The notes: a model not told the origin generated them from the letters alone. A DNA stretch of 64,000 nucleotides from an uncultured Anaerolineales bacterium (GCA_964539385.1 CAZIJC010000002.1:16001-80000); one strand, 5' to 3'. Positions 1-10,325 are shown, counted from the stretch's first letter. Numbers and translations: made by a program.

Positions 1-2204
1 CCCTGAAGATCACCGACTTCGGCCTCATCGGTCATTCGGGCGGCAAGACCAGTTTGCCGATGGGAACGACCAAGTACATGGCCCCCGAGATGTTCACGGG
101 CGCGCCGGTCGACGCCCGGGCCGACCTGTACAGCCTGGGGATGATCGCCTACGAGATGTTCGTCGGGCCGGAGAAGTTCACGGAGGTGTTCCGCGACGTT
201 CTGCGCGACCAGCGCGCCCAGCAGGTCCGGTGGATGCACTGGCACTCCAACCCGGCGCTGAAGGCCCCGCCGCTGCGCGACCTTCAGCCGGGCATCCCGC
301 CGCTTGTGGCCAAGATCGTCGAGCGCATGACGGAGAAGGACCCGTCGAGACGGTTCGCCTCGTCCGAGCAGGTCATCAAGTGGCTGCGGCGGATCTTCGT
401 CATGCACGTCCAGGGCAAGAGCGTTTCGCAGACCGACTCCAAGACGCTGGAGAAGGAGATGGAAGCCGACGCGACGGCTGTGGTGCCGACGGCGGTCGCC
501 GCGGCCGGTCGGGCCGCCGCGGCGGGCCAGGCCGCCCCCGCCGGGGCGGTGGCGGTGGCCGGCGCGCGGGCCGGCATCGCGCCGCCCGTCGAGAGCGGCG
601 AGACGACCGCGCCGCTTCCCGTGCCGAAGTGGACGTGGAAGCGGGCCACGTTCTGGGGGACCCTCATCGGGGGTCCGCTGATAGCGGCGGCGGTGGGCCT
701 GCTCATCTGGTCCCACTACGAGACGCTTGAACTGGAGCGCGATATCGCACAGGTGCTGGCGGAGGCCGAGGACCAGTTCAACCGCGGCGAGTGGGCCCTG
801 GCGGACCAGAGTTTCACCGACATCGTCCGGACCGACCGGTTCCGCAAACTGGAATCCAAGATGGTCTACGCCAAGCAGCACGCCTTGATGGCCCGGGCGG
901 AACTGTCGCTGGAGAAGAAGGAGTGGGAGAAGGCCGACTCCAACGCCAACATCGCGTCGCAGAAGTTCGGCGTCTCGCCCGCCTGGGTCACGGACTTCAA
1001 GCGGCGGTTCAACAAGGCACGGGACGTCGAACAGGTCATGAAAGAGGTGGAACTGGCCTCAGGCAACGGCAACTACGAGCAGGCGATTTCGCTGCTCGAA
1101 GAACTTCAGGCCAAGTACGCCGATCTCGACCTCAACGCGCAGATCGCCGAGTTCCGCGAAAGGAAGGAACTCGGGGAATACACGGGCCTGGTGGACCAGG
1201 GCAAGCAGCACTTCGAGCGGAAGAACCTCGACGCCGCACAGACGGCCTTTGAGGCCGCACGCAAGATCCGGCCCGGGTCGGAGATCGACGGCCTGCTTCA
1301 AATGGTCGCCATCGAGAAGCAGTACCTTCAGGTGGTCGGGCTTGCCCAGAGGGCCACCGCGGACGGCAAGTGGGCCGAGGCGGTGTCCTACTACCTGGAG
1401 ATCATGAAGATCAGGCCCTCCGAGGCCGTCCGCACCGCCATGAACAACGCCAAGGCCGAGGACCTTGCCGGTCGGGCCAAGACCCTGGCAGAGAACAAAC
1501 TGATGGAGGAGGCCACGGCGCTGGCGACCCAGATCCTCAGTCTCAACCCCAACCACGCATGGGCACTGGAGTTTCTCAAGAAGGCCGGCCGCCAGCGGAC
1601 GCTCGACAACTTCGTGAAGGCCGCCAAGGCCGCCATGGCCAAGGCCCAGTGGGACCAGGTCATCAACACCTGCAAGGAGATCGAGAAACTCCTGACCGAC
1701 GCCGACGCCGACCTCAAGACCCAGGTCGAGGCGTGGAAAACGCAAGCGCACTACCAAACGGCCATGGCCCGCGCGGGCGAGGCCCTGAACCAGAAGAACT
1801 TCACCGAAGCGGAGACCCTCGCCACGAAGGCCCAAACCTTCAAGGACACCAGCGACGTGAACACGCTCATCGAGAAGATCGACACCCACCGCCAGTACTA
1901 CGGCCACCTGGACCTGGGCAAGGAACTCCTGAGCCAGATCAAGTACGTCCCGGCACTGGAGTCCCTCATACGGGCCAAGAAGGTGATGAACACCCAGGAG
2001 GTCCGCAACCTGATTACCGAATGCAACTACCGCCGGTACTTGTCACAGGGCAAGTCATACCTGAAAGACATGCGGTACAAGCAAGCCTTGTCGGTCCTGA
2101 AGATGGCCCAGCGAGCCAAAGATGACATCACGATCCAGGCGATCATCCAGCAGGCAGCGCTGCTGGCGGCCGAACAGGAGAAAAAGCAGAACAAGAAGAA
2201 GTGA
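1..2204 (+). CDS. Ser/Thr protein kinase, 5'-truncated at the window edge, with one transmembrane segment and a C-terminal TPR-like repeat region
   Basis: The reading frame runs from position 3 (LKITDFGLIGHSGG...TTKYMAPE), which gives the DFG and APE motifs of Hanks-type kinase subdomains VII-VIII. A hydrophobic helix WGTLIGGPLIAAAVGLLIW follows. After that come about 450 aa of repetitive Ala/Lys/Glu-rich helical repeats (TPR-like). The true start lies upstream of the window. Confidence 0.85.
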   Translation, partial: LKITDFGLIGHSGGKTSLPMGTTKYMAPEMFTGAPVDARADLYSLGMIAYEMFVGPEKFTEVFRDVLRDQRAQQVRWMHWHSNPALKAPPLRDLQPGIPPLVAKIVERMTEKDPSRRFASSEQVIKWLRRIFVMHVQGKSVSQTDSKTLEKEMEADATAVVPTAVAAAGRAAAAGQAAPAGAVAVAGARAGIAPPVESGETTAPLPVPKWTWKRATFWGTLIGGPLIAAAVGLLIWSHYETLELERDIAQVLAEAEDQFNRGEWALADQSFTDIVRTDRFRKLESKMVYAKQHALMARAELSLEKKEWEKADSNANIASQKFGVSPAWVTDFKRRFNKARDVEQVMKEVELASGNGNYEQAISLLEELQAKYADLDLNAQIAEFRERKELGEYTGLVDQGKQHFERKNLDAAQTAFEAARKIRPGSEIDGLLQMVAIEKQYLQVVGLAQRATADGKWAEAVSYYLEIMKIRPSEAVRTAMNNAKAEDLAGRAKTLAENKLMEEATALATQILSLNPNHAWALEFLKKAGRQRTLDNFVKAAKAAMAKAQWDQVINTCKEIEKLLTDADADLKTQVEAWKTQAHYQTAMARAGEALNQKNFTEAETLATKAQTFKDTSDVNTLIEKIDTHRQYYGHLDLGKELLSQIKYVPALESLIRAKKVMNTQEVRNLITECNYRRYLSQGKSYLKDMRYKQALSVLKMAQRAKDDITIQAIIQQAALLAAEQEKKQNKKK

Positions 2205-4192
2205 GGTGGCCCATGCCCGGTTCACGCAATCCTGAGGCGCGTCGGTCCCGCATCGCACGCGCTCGCGCCGCGCTCGGGCACCTGCACGGATGCGAGCGCG
2301 GCCAGGCGATCTACGTGATGATCCTGTTCTTCTTCCTGTTGGCGGGCCTGCTGTTCCTGGTCCTCACGAGCGGCGAGAAACTCAACCACAAGGTCCAGAT
2401 GCAGAGCGCGGCCGACTCGGCAACCGCCACGGGCGCCGCGTGGTTCGCCCGAGGCCTGAACGTCATCTCGATGTGCAACGTGGCCGAGACGCAACTGTTG
2501 AGCCTCATCGTGCTTCTGGACACGCTGGAGACGGTCACGCCACCCGCCGGCGAGTGCATCGACGACCTGGTCGAGAACATCGGCTCCTCGAAGGCCGGGC
2601 GCGATATTCCGATCGACGACCGGATCTCCGAGTGGCTGGCGGTCGGCAATGCCGCTTCCGAGCAGCGGATCATCCGGAAACTCGACGATATCGTCCGCGA
2701 GATCGATTGGCCCGATTACCTGACGTACGATAACGGCGTCCTGTGGGAATGCACGAAACTCATGGACGGCTTCATGCACGTGATGCGCGAAATCACGCCG
2801 CTGGCGGCACAGCGAGAGGCCGTCGACATCGCCGACGAATGCGGCGCCGACTTCGGATTCATCCTGCCGCTCTATCCGGAACTGCCCGTCCGAGACGGCG
2901 AGTGGCTCGATTTCGAGAACCCCATGCGGGCCGGCCGTATGCCACCGGAAGGCGGACAGGACCCCGACCGCGCGAAGATCATCGGCGGATTCGCACACGT
3001 GATGAACTACCGAGGCTATTACCCGGATTACCTGTACAAAGGCGAGATCCAAAGCGGCCGGGGACCCGTCATGGGGCCATGGTCGTACTGGCGTGAGCCG
3101 TTTACGGCCACCCGGCCGATGGGCCTCTTGGACATCAGCCGCTTCTCGGTCCTGTTCAACCTGGTCTCGTCGCGCAAACTGGAGATGATGTTCGGCACAC
3201 CCGACCCCCAGGTATCGCTGCGCAACTGGGAGATGCAGTACGACACGGCCAAGGACATGAGCGACAACGACATCCTCCGCACGTGGTGGGAGACCGTTTC
3301 GTTCAGTTGCCGCCACCCGTACCCGCAAGACACGTTCTTCTCGAACATTGACCTGCGGCACTATCACCGTCCGACGATCCACACGCATGCGTACGATGGC
3401 TGGCGTGACCTTCCGTCTCCGCCGCGGTCGGGGAACGAACCCATGCCGGGTGTCGAGCAAGGGGTGTCCGTCCCGCAGGGCTGGCAGCGGTCCACGCAGC
3501 CGCAGGAGGGGGCCGACCCCCGCCAGGCGGTCTGGTACGCCGTCACCAAGCACTGGACGTACCATTTCCCGCAGTTGGGAATCTTTGCGCCGCACCCGCC
3601 GGTTCATCCGGACGGTTCGAAGTGGGAGTACACGAACCCGTCGGACTGGAAGGTGTACTACCGGGTACAGATGCGCCGATTTGACGGGGCGGAACTCGAT
3701 ACCGACGAGGAGTTGCACCGCAACTACCTGCCGCCGGGCGGCAACGCCCCCTTCGCGCCCATCATGTTCGACCTCGTCACGGGCGAGCACACCTGGGAGA
3801 ACATCGACAGGTACTTCACCTTCAATGGGTTCGCCTACCGGTCCGGCAAGGTGCGCCACTGGCGAAAGCCGCCCGAGGGGGAAAGGCAGACCACGGGGTT
3901 CCTCAATCCGAACCCCATCGAGGAACTTATCGCCTACGCCCAGGCCCGCGTGTACGCCCGGTACAGTTGGGACCTGTTCACGCAGCACTGGAAGGTCAAA
4001 CTGATGCGGACCGACCGATGGAAGGGGGGTCTGCGGCCGGACTACCGCATGGTGGCAATGAGCCTGGCGAGCGAACTCGGCAAGAGCGTTCCGGGCCAGT
4101 TGGCCGACGTGTTGACGCGCGAACGGATCGAGCCGGTCGAGCGCATGGTCGACGCCTACGATGACCAGTTTGTGGCGGAGTTTACCCATTGA
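2201..4192 (+). CDS. TadG-like Flp pilus-assembly protein (TadE/G-like N-terminus, large periplasmic domain)
   Basis: There is an N-terminal hydrophobic segment (VMILFFFLLAGLLFLVLTSG) followed by HKVQMQSAADSATATGAAWFARGLNVISMCN. This resembles the TadG/Tad-like motif (L..AADAAALAGA). Its start overlaps the kinase stop, and it sits first in a Tad operon. Confidence 0.55.
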   Translation: MRWPMPGSRNPEARRSRIARARAALGHLHGCERGQAIYVMILFFFLLAGLLFLVLTSGEKLNHKVQMQSAADSATATGAAWFARGLNVISMCNVAETQLLSLIVLLDTLETVTPPAGECIDDLVENIGSSKAGRDIPIDDRISEWLAVGNAASEQRIIRKLDDIVREIDWPDYLTYDNGVLWECTKLMDGFMHVMREITPLAAQREAVDIADECGADFGFILPLYPELPVRDGEWLDFENPMRAGRMPPEGGQDPDRAKIIGGFAHVMNYRGYYPDYLYKGEIQSGRGPVMGPWSYWREPFTATRPMGLLDISRFSVLFNLVSSRKLEMMFGTPDPQVSLRNWEMQYDTAKDMSDNDILRTWWETVSFSCRHPYPQDTFFSNIDLRHYHRPTIHTHAYDGWRDLPSPPRSGNEPMPGVEQGVSVPQGWQRSTQPQEGADPRQAVWYAVTKHWTYHFPQLGIFAPHPPVHPDGSKWEYTNPSDWKVYYRVQMRRFDGAELDTDEELHRNYLPPGGNAPFAPIMFDLVTGEHTWENIDRYFTFNGFAYRSGKVRHWRKPPEGERQTTGFLNPNPIEELIAYAQARVYARYSWDLFTQHWKVKLMRTDRWKGGLRPDYRMVAMSLASELGKSVPGQLADVLTRERIEPVERMVDAYDDQFVAEFTH

Positions 4193-4854
4193 AAGCGACA
4201 AGAACCCAAACCCGACGCCGGGCACGCAGGGGAAACGCACTGCTGGAGTTCATGCTGACCCTGCCGATCATCATCTTCATGGCCGGCGTGACGATGTACA
4301 TGTCGTTCGCCATGCTGGCCAGGCAGAATGCCCTCGTGGCTTGCCGCCGCAGCCTCTGGCACAGCGCCGGCCACGGGGGCTGGACCAGCATGAAACTCGA
4401 GGGAACCGTGCCCGGCATGGATGAGGACGACGGCACACAGCGTCCGCGCGGCCAGGGGGAGGAACTCGACCGCCTTCGGCCGGAAGTCGAACCGGAGACC
4501 ATCGCCACAACGACGAACCCCCTGGCCCGCGAGTACTGGTACCGCATCTGGGACAACCTGCCCGGCCGCCACGAGAGCAAGGCCTCGCGGTCGTTCAAGA
4601 CGGCGCCGCTCTGGAGGTTCATTAAAGGCCCCGCCCGGGCCGAGCACAAGCGCGACTCGAGCCCCTGGCATTTCTATCACATCGATGCCTGGAAGATCGC
4701 CCGCGCCGGCCCGCTCAAAGAGATCTTCGAGGCGTTTCGCGAGAACCTCGAAATGGAGACGTTCGCCCCACATTTCGAGCAGACCCGCGACGACATCATG
4801 CGCCGCTGGTGGCACGGCAGCGACATCCTCCGCGAGGAAGACCAGTACAACTGA
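4189..4854 (+). CDS. TadE-like pseudopilin/pilus assembly protein
   Basis: The N-terminus GNALLEFMLTLPIIIFMAGVTMYMSF matches the TadE-family signature (A.vEFAl.lP.l). It is about 220 aa and overlaps the previous gene by 4 bp. Confidence 0.6.
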   Translation: MKATRTQTRRRARRGNALLEFMLTLPIIIFMAGVTMYMSFAMLARQNALVACRRSLWHSAGHGGWTSMKLEGTVPGMDEDDGTQRPRGQGEELDRLRPEVEPETIATTTNPLAREYWYRIWDNLPGRHESKASRSFKTAPLWRFIKGPARAEHKRDSSPWHFYHIDAWKIARAGPLKEIFEAFRENLEMETFAPHFEQTRDDIMRRWWHGSDILREEDQYN

Positions 4855-4931
4855 CCGGTCCGAGCCGCGACCGTGAGGGAGCGGCCGCGCACGCAATACC
4901 TATATCATTGCTGGCAGGACACACGCAGGCC

Positions 4932-5681
4932 ATGACGCACGAGTCGTCCAATTCCGAAGGCGGCCAGCCGCCCGACAAGCGGCGCAAACGACGCTCCCGC
5001 GTGTGGCGCGTTGCGGCCATCATCGTCGTGATCCTTGTGACGCTCGCCCTGGCGCATTACCTTCGGCACCCGGCCGGGGTCTGGGACGGCGATGAGGGCG
5101 GCGGCAACCTGACGTTCGGCCAGTGGCCGCCCGAGGTCGAGCCCTCCGGCCGTACAGCCCGTCCGGGCGGTCCGCCGAAACCCGACGCGAGACCCACCAC
5201 CGACGAGGAGGCGACAGACGATCTGCGACAGGTCATGGCCGGACTCGTGATGGCCGCCATCGGCGACGGCGCCGACACCGACGACCCGCGCGACCAGGAC
5301 GCCGAGGCGAAGCGGCGGTTCATCGCCGACGCCTTCGGCCTGCCGTACGACTATCCGCGTAACAAGGCGCCCGCCGACCTCATGCCACAGGACGCCCAGG
5401 TCCTGATGGTCTTCGAGAATCCCGAGCACGCCGGTTGTCGCATGGTCCTCGTCCGGATGCGCAAGGACGTCGGCGCGGCGCTCGAGGCCTTCTGCAAAGC
5501 CTACGACCAGAAAGGGTGGCAGTGGAACGAACTTGCCAATCCCCGAAAAGACCGTGACTCCCAGCCGGACCCCGGGTGGCTCGTCCGGTTCCACAAGGGC
5601 AAACGCGAACGCATCGTGTACGCCCGCGCCCGCGCCGGCGGCGAAGAAACGCTGGTAGCCATTTACGATCCGCGGTATTAG
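4932..5681 (+). CDS. hypothetical membrane-anchored protein inside the Tad operon (single N-terminal TM helix, Pro/Asp-rich linker)
   Basis: The ORF starts at ATG 4932 (MTHESSNSEGGQPPDKRRKRRSRVWRVAAIIVVILVTLALAHY). I recognised no family. It lies between the TadE and CpaB genes. Confidence 0.4.
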   Translation: MTHESSNSEGGQPPDKRRKRRSRVWRVAAIIVVILVTLALAHYLRHPAGVWDGDEGGGNLTFGQWPPEVEPSGRTARPGGPPKPDARPTTDEEATDDLRQVMAGLVMAAIGDGADTDDPRDQDAEAKRRFIADAFGLPYDYPRNKAPADLMPQDAQVLMVFENPEHAGCRMVLVRMRKDVGAALEAFCKAYDQKGWQWNELANPRKDRDSQPDPGWLVRFHKGKRERIVYARARAGGEETLVAIYDPRY

Positions 5682-5716
5682 AGCCACGCGGGGACAGGCG
5701 AAGCGAAGGAGCACCG

Positions 5717-6484
5717 ATGGCGAGACGAAAGCAAAACCCCTGGCTTCCGAGCGGCGGCGTGCTGGTCGTGGCGGTGATTGCGGCCGTCCTGGCCGGCATC
5801 CTCCTCAACGTGTACGTCATGTATCTGAAGAGTTCCTACGAGGCCGGGGCGGAGATGTTCCTCCAGTTGAAGAGGAACGTGGCGAAGGGTAAGCCCATCG
5901 AGTCCGCCGACATCATGGCGTTCCGCGTTCCCCAGCCGTTGCTTCCGAGTTTCTCCCAGGTCGTCAAGGCGCGGTACAAGGACAGTTCAGTCATCGGCAA
6001 CAAGCCCCGCCGCAACATGTTCAAGGGCGAGTTCCTGCTGAATACCGATTTCCTGCCCGGTTCGGCCAGAAAACTTGATAATATTCGCCCGGGCTACGAG
6101 CGGATGACGATCGAAATCCAGCCCGAACCGCTCCTGCAACCGGGAGCCTTCATCACCATCCGCGGGGCCTTCGACACCAACCCCGACGAGCGGAAAGAAG
6201 ACCGCGAGATCATGGACGTTCTGTATAATATCCAGGTCAAGGCCGTCGGCGGGTCCGCCGAGCCGACCGAGGACAGGCGGCGGGCCGACAACAACATCCA
6301 GATTGAGTTGAAATCGACCCAGGCCAAGCAGTTGCTCCAGATCAAAGAGGTCCTCGTTGACAAGCACTTTGTCGTCTCACTCAGCCCGTCGCCGACGGGC
6401 AAGGCGGGCGAGCCGAAGTTCGCCGACGCCATACTCGACCACATTGCCAAATTGAGGAGAGTCGTGCCGCCGGTCTCGCCGTAA
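5717..6484 (+). CDS. cpaB: Flp pilus assembly protein CpaB (RcpC), SAF-domain family
   Basis: It has an N-terminal TM helix (GVLVVAVIAAVLAGILLNVYVM), then a region like the CpaB SAF domain (IESADIMAFRVPQPLLPSFSQVV...GEFLLNTDF). It immediately precedes the CpaF ATPase gene. Confidence 0.7.
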   Translation: MARRKQNPWLPSGGVLVVAVIAAVLAGILLNVYVMYLKSSYEAGAEMFLQLKRNVAKGKPIESADIMAFRVPQPLLPSFSQVVKARYKDSSVIGNKPRRNMFKGEFLLNTDFLPGSARKLDNIRPGYERMTIEIQPEPLLQPGAFITIRGAFDTNPDERKEDREIMDVLYNIQVKAVGGSAEPTEDRRRADNNIQIELKSTQAKQLLQIKEVLVDKHFVVSLSPSPTGKAGEPKFADAILDHIAKLRRVVPPVSP

Positions 6485-6511
6485 GCAGGCCACACAGGGG
6501 CGCAAGAGCCC

Positions 6512-8401
6512 ATGCGCGTTATCGCGTACAGCCAGTTGAGCGACGTGCGGCAGGAGATCGAACTGACCGGGGAGGTTCTGCGCATCGGCCGCGACCCCGC
6601 CAACGACCTCGAACTGCCCAGCCCGTTCGTCTCGCGCGAGCACGCGCGAATCATCACACGCGACGGCGACTACCTCATCGAGAACGTCGGGCTGAACGGC
6701 ACGCTTGTCGATGACGACCTGGTCGGGGTGGGCGAGCAGGTCAAGATCGCACCCGGCCAGGAGATTCACATCGGCGAGTGGGCGCTGTACCTGTCGGCCG
6801 ACGAGGCCGTCCAGCCCACCGACAAGGCCATCAGGATTCACCGAGAACGCACCCCACTGGCCAAGGCGATGGCTGTCGAGAAAAAGGTCCACGGCGAACT
6901 CCTGCGCCGGCTCAACCTGCGGACCATCGACGTCGAGGCGCAGGACGACCCCCGCTACGTGGACCACATCAAGGCCCACCTGTCGGCCGTCATCGACGGC
7001 ATCATCAGCGAGGTCGACGATGAGTCGGGCTGGTTCCTGGTGGCGCAGCAACTGAAGCGCGACGTCATTACCGAGATCTCCCGCCGCGCGGGCAGCAAGA
7101 TGCGGCCGCCCATCCTGAAGGCCGGCGACGCCGTTCTCGACCCGCAGTACGAGGCGGGTCTGCTGCGAATGCGCGACCTTTTGATCCAGGACCTCGGCCT
7201 GAAATTCGGTGCAGCGAACGTCAAGGAAGACGTCGAGGCCGTCGAGGAACGGTTCCACGAAGAGTTCAACCGCGAGGCCCCGCAGGTCACCGAGTCGCTC
7301 TGGGTCTACATCGTTCGCCGCTACATCTTGAAGGACATCCTCGACATCGTGGTCGGCCTCGGCCCCATCCAGGACCTGCTCGACATGCCGAACGTAACCG
7401 AGGTCATGGTCGTGGGCCCGAGCAAGATCTATATTGAAGAAACCGGCGTCATCCGCAACACCGGCCGATCGTTCTTCTCCGACGAGATCGTCCTGACGGT
7501 CATCGAGCGCATCGTCACGCCCCTCGGCCGGCGCATCGACCGCTCCAGCCCCATCGTCGACGCCCGGCTGCCCGACGGCAGCCGTGTCAACGCCACGATC
7601 GAGCCGTTGAGTCTCTGCGGACCGGTCCTGACGATCCGCAAGTTCTCCGAGACGCCGTTCACGATCGACGACCTCATCGGTTTCGGAACCATCACGCCGT
7701 TTGCCGCCAACTTCCTGCGGGCCTGCGTCCTGGGGCGCAAGAACGTGCTGGTCTCGGGCGGCACGGCGTCCGGCAAGACCACCCTTCTGAACGTCGTCAG
7801 CGCCTACATCCCGCCGCACGAGCGCATCATCACCATCGAGGACTCGGCCGAGTTGCAGATGTACCAGGAGCACGTGGTACGCGTCGAGACACGCCAGGCC
7901 AACGTCGAGGGCAAGGGCCGCTACACCATTCGGGCACTCGTCCAGAACGCGCTGCGGCAGCGGCCGGACCGCATCATCGTCGGCGAGGTCCGCGGCGCCG
8001 AGGCTCTCGACATGCTACAGGCCATGAACACCGGCCACGACGGGTCCCTCACAACCATCCACGCCAACAGCCCCCAGGACGCCATGAAACGCCTCGAGGG
8101 CCTCGTCCTGGAGGCCGTGGACATGCCCGTGCGGGCCATCCGCGAGCAGATCGTCACCGCCCTCGACGCCGTCGTCCACCTGACGCGATTCGCCGACGGA
8201 CGCCGCGAGGTCACCGCCGTCAGCGAGATTGCCGGCCTGGACCGCGATGAGGGCGACATCGTCGTGGAAGACATCTTCGTGCGGCCGATGATCGGCACGG
8301 AGCGCGGCAAGCGCGGAGAACTGATGCACACCGGCTATATACCGCTGTTCGCCAAGGACCTGCTCCACAAGGGCCTCCTGACCGTTGATGCGTTCATGTA
8401 A
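6512..8401 (+). CDS. cpaF: CpaF/TadA-type pilus assembly ATPase with an N-terminal FHA domain
   Basis: The N-terminus has FHA-domain hallmarks ([46 protein letters not shown]). The C-terminal part has the T2SS/T4SS ATPase Walker A motif ([16 protein letters not shown]), a DSAEL-type motif ([10 protein letters not shown]), and [12 protein letters not shown]. Confidence 0.9.
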   Translation: MRVIAYSQLSDVRQEIELTGEVLRIGRDPANDLELPSPFVSREHARIITRDGDYLIENVGLNGTLVDDDLVGVGEQVKIAPGQEIHIGEWALYLSADEAVQPTDKAIRIHRERTPLAKAMAVEKKVHGELLRRLNLRTIDVEAQDDPRYVDHIKAHLSAVIDGIISEVDDESGWFLVAQQLKRDVITEISRRAGSKMRPPILKAGDAVLDPQYEAGLLRMRDLLIQDLGLKFGAANVKEDVEAVEERFHEEFNREAPQVTESLWVYIVRRYILKDILDIVVGLGPIQDLLDMPNVTEVMVVGPSKIYIEETGVIRNTGRSFFSDEIVLTVIERIVTPLGRRIDRSSPIVDARLPDGSRVNATIEPLSLCGPVLTIRKFSETPFTIDDLIGFGTITPFAANFLRACVLGRKNVLVSGGTASGKTTLLNVVSAYIPPHERIITIEDSAELQMYQEHVVRVETRQANVEGKGRYTIRALVQNALRQRPDRIIVGEVRGAEALDMLQAMNTGHDGSLTTIHANSPQDAMKRLEGLVLEAVDMPVRAIREQIVTALDAVVHLTRFADGRREVTAVSEIAGLDRDEGDIVVEDIFVRPMIGTERGKRGELMHTGYIPLFAKDLLHKGLLTVDAFM

Positions 8402-8404
8402 ACC

Positions 8405-9304
8405 ATGACCGAACTCGTTCCACTAGCCCAGGATGTGCTGTTGTATCGCGGCGGGGCAACCCTGCTGGCGATGTTTGCGGCGTTCTGCGCCGTCATCTCG
8501 CTGCGGCTGCCGTTTCGCGCGCTTATCCGCAAGCAGGAGGAGGACTTCCACGGCGCGCTGGTCGAGTTGTTCATGTTCGACGTCACGCCGCGCCAACTGA
8601 CCTACGTCATGTTTGGCGGGGCGTTTGTCGCAGGCCTCATCCTCGCGCTGCTTGCCAACCACGCCGAGGCGGGGATACTCGGCGTCATCATCACGTTCGT
8701 GGTCGGGATGGTCCTCGGCTACTGGGTGCCGCGCCTCGTCATCTTCGTCCTCCAGCGGCGCAGGCGCGACAAACTCAACGAGCAACTCATCGACGGCCTG
8801 GTGACCCTGGCCAACGGCATGCGAGCCGGGCTGAACCTGGTTCAATCGATGAAATTGATCGAGGACAACACCGAGCCGCCCATCAGCCAGGAGTTCGGCC
8901 TCATGCTCCGAGAGTTCGAGCACGGCACCAGCGTCGATGAGGTCATGCGGCGGGCGTCGGCCAGGCTGAAGTTGCACCACTACCAACTCCTGTTTGCCGC
9001 AATGGAGACCGCACGCATTCGCGGCGGGAACCTGCCCGAGACGCTCGACCGGCTCGGCGAGTCGCTCCGCGAGATCATTCGGCTCGAAGAAAAGGTCAGG
9101 GCCCTGACCGCCGAGAACAAAATGAGCGCCATCATGATGGGCCTCATGCCCCTGGTCGTCGCGGGCATCTACTATATGATCGAGCCGACCTGGGTGGAGG
9201 CGCTCTTCAACGACGAGTACGGAATGCTCCTGCTCGTCATTGCCATCTTTCTGAACCTTGTCGGGTTCCTCTGGATTCGCAAGATCGTGACGTTCGAGAT
9301 CTAG
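8405..9304 (+). CDS. tadB: TadB-like pilus assembly inner-membrane protein (T2SSF domain)
   Basis: It is a multi-TM protein with a T2SSF-like cytoplasmic region (GMRAGLNLVQSMKLIEDNTEPPISQEFGLMLREFEHGTSVDEVMRRASARL). It sits directly downstream of cpaF. Confidence 0.7.
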   Translation: MTELVPLAQDVLLYRGGATLLAMFAAFCAVISLRLPFRALIRKQEEDFHGALVELFMFDVTPRQLTYVMFGGAFVAGLILALLANHAEAGILGVIITFVVGMVLGYWVPRLVIFVLQRRRRDKLNEQLIDGLVTLANGMRAGLNLVQSMKLIEDNTEPPISQEFGLMLREFEHGTSVDEVMRRASARLKLHHYQLLFAAMETARIRGGNLPETLDRLGESLREIIRLEEKVRALTAENKMSAIMMGLMPLVVAGIYYMIEPTWVEALFNDEYGMLLLVIAIFLNLVGFLWIRKIVTFEI

Positions 9305-9328
9305 GCCGCAACGAGGGAGACGGACGGC

Positions 9329-10237
9329 GTGATTCTGATCGTCATCATCAACGTGCTGGTGTTCGCGTCGGTGTTTCTGTTCGTCTCTGCGCTGTTCCGC
9401 ACGCCGATCGAGACGGAGGATGCATCCGCATTCCGGATCGAGGTGGACAATATTGATCGCGACACCATCTTCGAGAGCGCTTTCATGCGGCCGTTCCTGG
9501 TTCCCATCTACCACGTGGTTCGGCGGCTGAACATGCCGGGTCTGAAGCGGCACATCCTGAAACTGCTTATGGCCCTCGGCAATCCGAACCAATACACCTC
9601 CGACGAGTACCTGGTCATCTGCACGGTGTGGGGCCTGATCGCGGCCATCGCGCTGTGGCTGGGGGTCTGGGCGATGCTGGGGTACCTCTCGATTCTGGCC
9701 CTGCTGGGCTACCTGGCGGTCGGTTTTGCCGTGGGGTTCTTCACGGCGTACCTGCTGCTTCGCGAGCGGGCCTTGGCCCGTCTGCGTATGATTGCCAAGC
9801 GCCTGCCGTACACGCTCGACCTGATTGCCATGGCGATGGACGCCGGCGCGACGTTTTACGAGGCCGCCAACGCCGTTATCCGCGACGACCCGGAGGAACC
9901 GCTGAACCAGGAGTTCGGCATGGTGGTCCGGGAGATCGATTTCGGCCGCAGCCGCCAGGACGCCCTCACCCATCTGGGCCAACGCATCAACGTGGACGGC
10001 CTCGACGGCATCATTTCGGCCGTCCTTCAGGCCGAGCAACTCGGCACGCCGCTGGCCGAGGTCCTCAAACTCCAGTCAAACCTCCTCCGGATGCGCCGCA
10101 GCATGAAGGCCGAGAGGCGAGCCGGAGAGGCCGCCGTCAAGATGCTCGTGCCGTCCATGCTCATCCTCGTCGCCGTCGTCCTCGTCATCTTCGCCCCCAT
10201 CATCGTGCGCCTCATCCGTGGCCAGTACCTGGAGTAG
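9329..10237 (+). CDS. tadC: TadC-like pilus assembly inner-membrane protein (T2SSF domain)
   Basis: It is a multi-TM protein containing LDLIAMAMDAGATFYEAANAVIRDDPEEPLNQEFGMVVREIDFGRSRQDALTHLGQRI, which is a T2SSF-like motif. This is the second T2SSF gene after tadB. Confidence 0.7.
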   Translation: MILIVIINVLVFASVFLFVSALFRTPIETEDASAFRIEVDNIDRDTIFESAFMRPFLVPIYHVVRRLNMPGLKRHILKLLMALGNPNQYTSDEYLVICTVWGLIAAIALWLGVWAMLGYLSILALLGYLAVGFAVGFFTAYLLLRERALARLRMIAKRLPYTLDLIAMAMDAGATFYEAANAVIRDDPEEPLNQEFGMVVREIDFGRSRQDALTHLGQRINVDGLDGIISAVLQAEQLGTPLAEVLKLQSNLLRMRRSMKAERRAGEAAVKMLVPSMLILVAVVLVIFAPIIVRLIRGQYLE

Positions 10238-10325
10238 AACCACGGTCGCCGGGATGTGGGGGGGGCGCTCCTGTAAGCGTCCAGACGCCTGCTCCCGGAA
10301 GTGGACAAAACACCTTCCGGTGCGC

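Noticed and set aside
54-2204. ATG at 54 as the kinase start
   Set aside because: The in-frame upstream sequence from position 3 encodes the DFG motif of the kinase catalytic loop. The gene therefore continues 5' of the window, and the Met at 54 is internal.
2222-4240. 672-aa minus-strand ORF opposite the TadG-like gene, plus similar long antisense ORFs at 6377-7873, 8423-10039, 12123-14471, 16121-17485, 18283-19722, 20596-23805 (+), 40207-43863 (+), 45322-47931 and 47463-48989
   Set aside because: All of these are mirror ORFs of well-supported genes on the opposite strand (cpaF, tadB/C, GHs, heparinase-like, ADH, symporter, clpB, mfd). Their translations have Arg/Pro/Gly-dominated low-complexity composition and no recognisable motifs.
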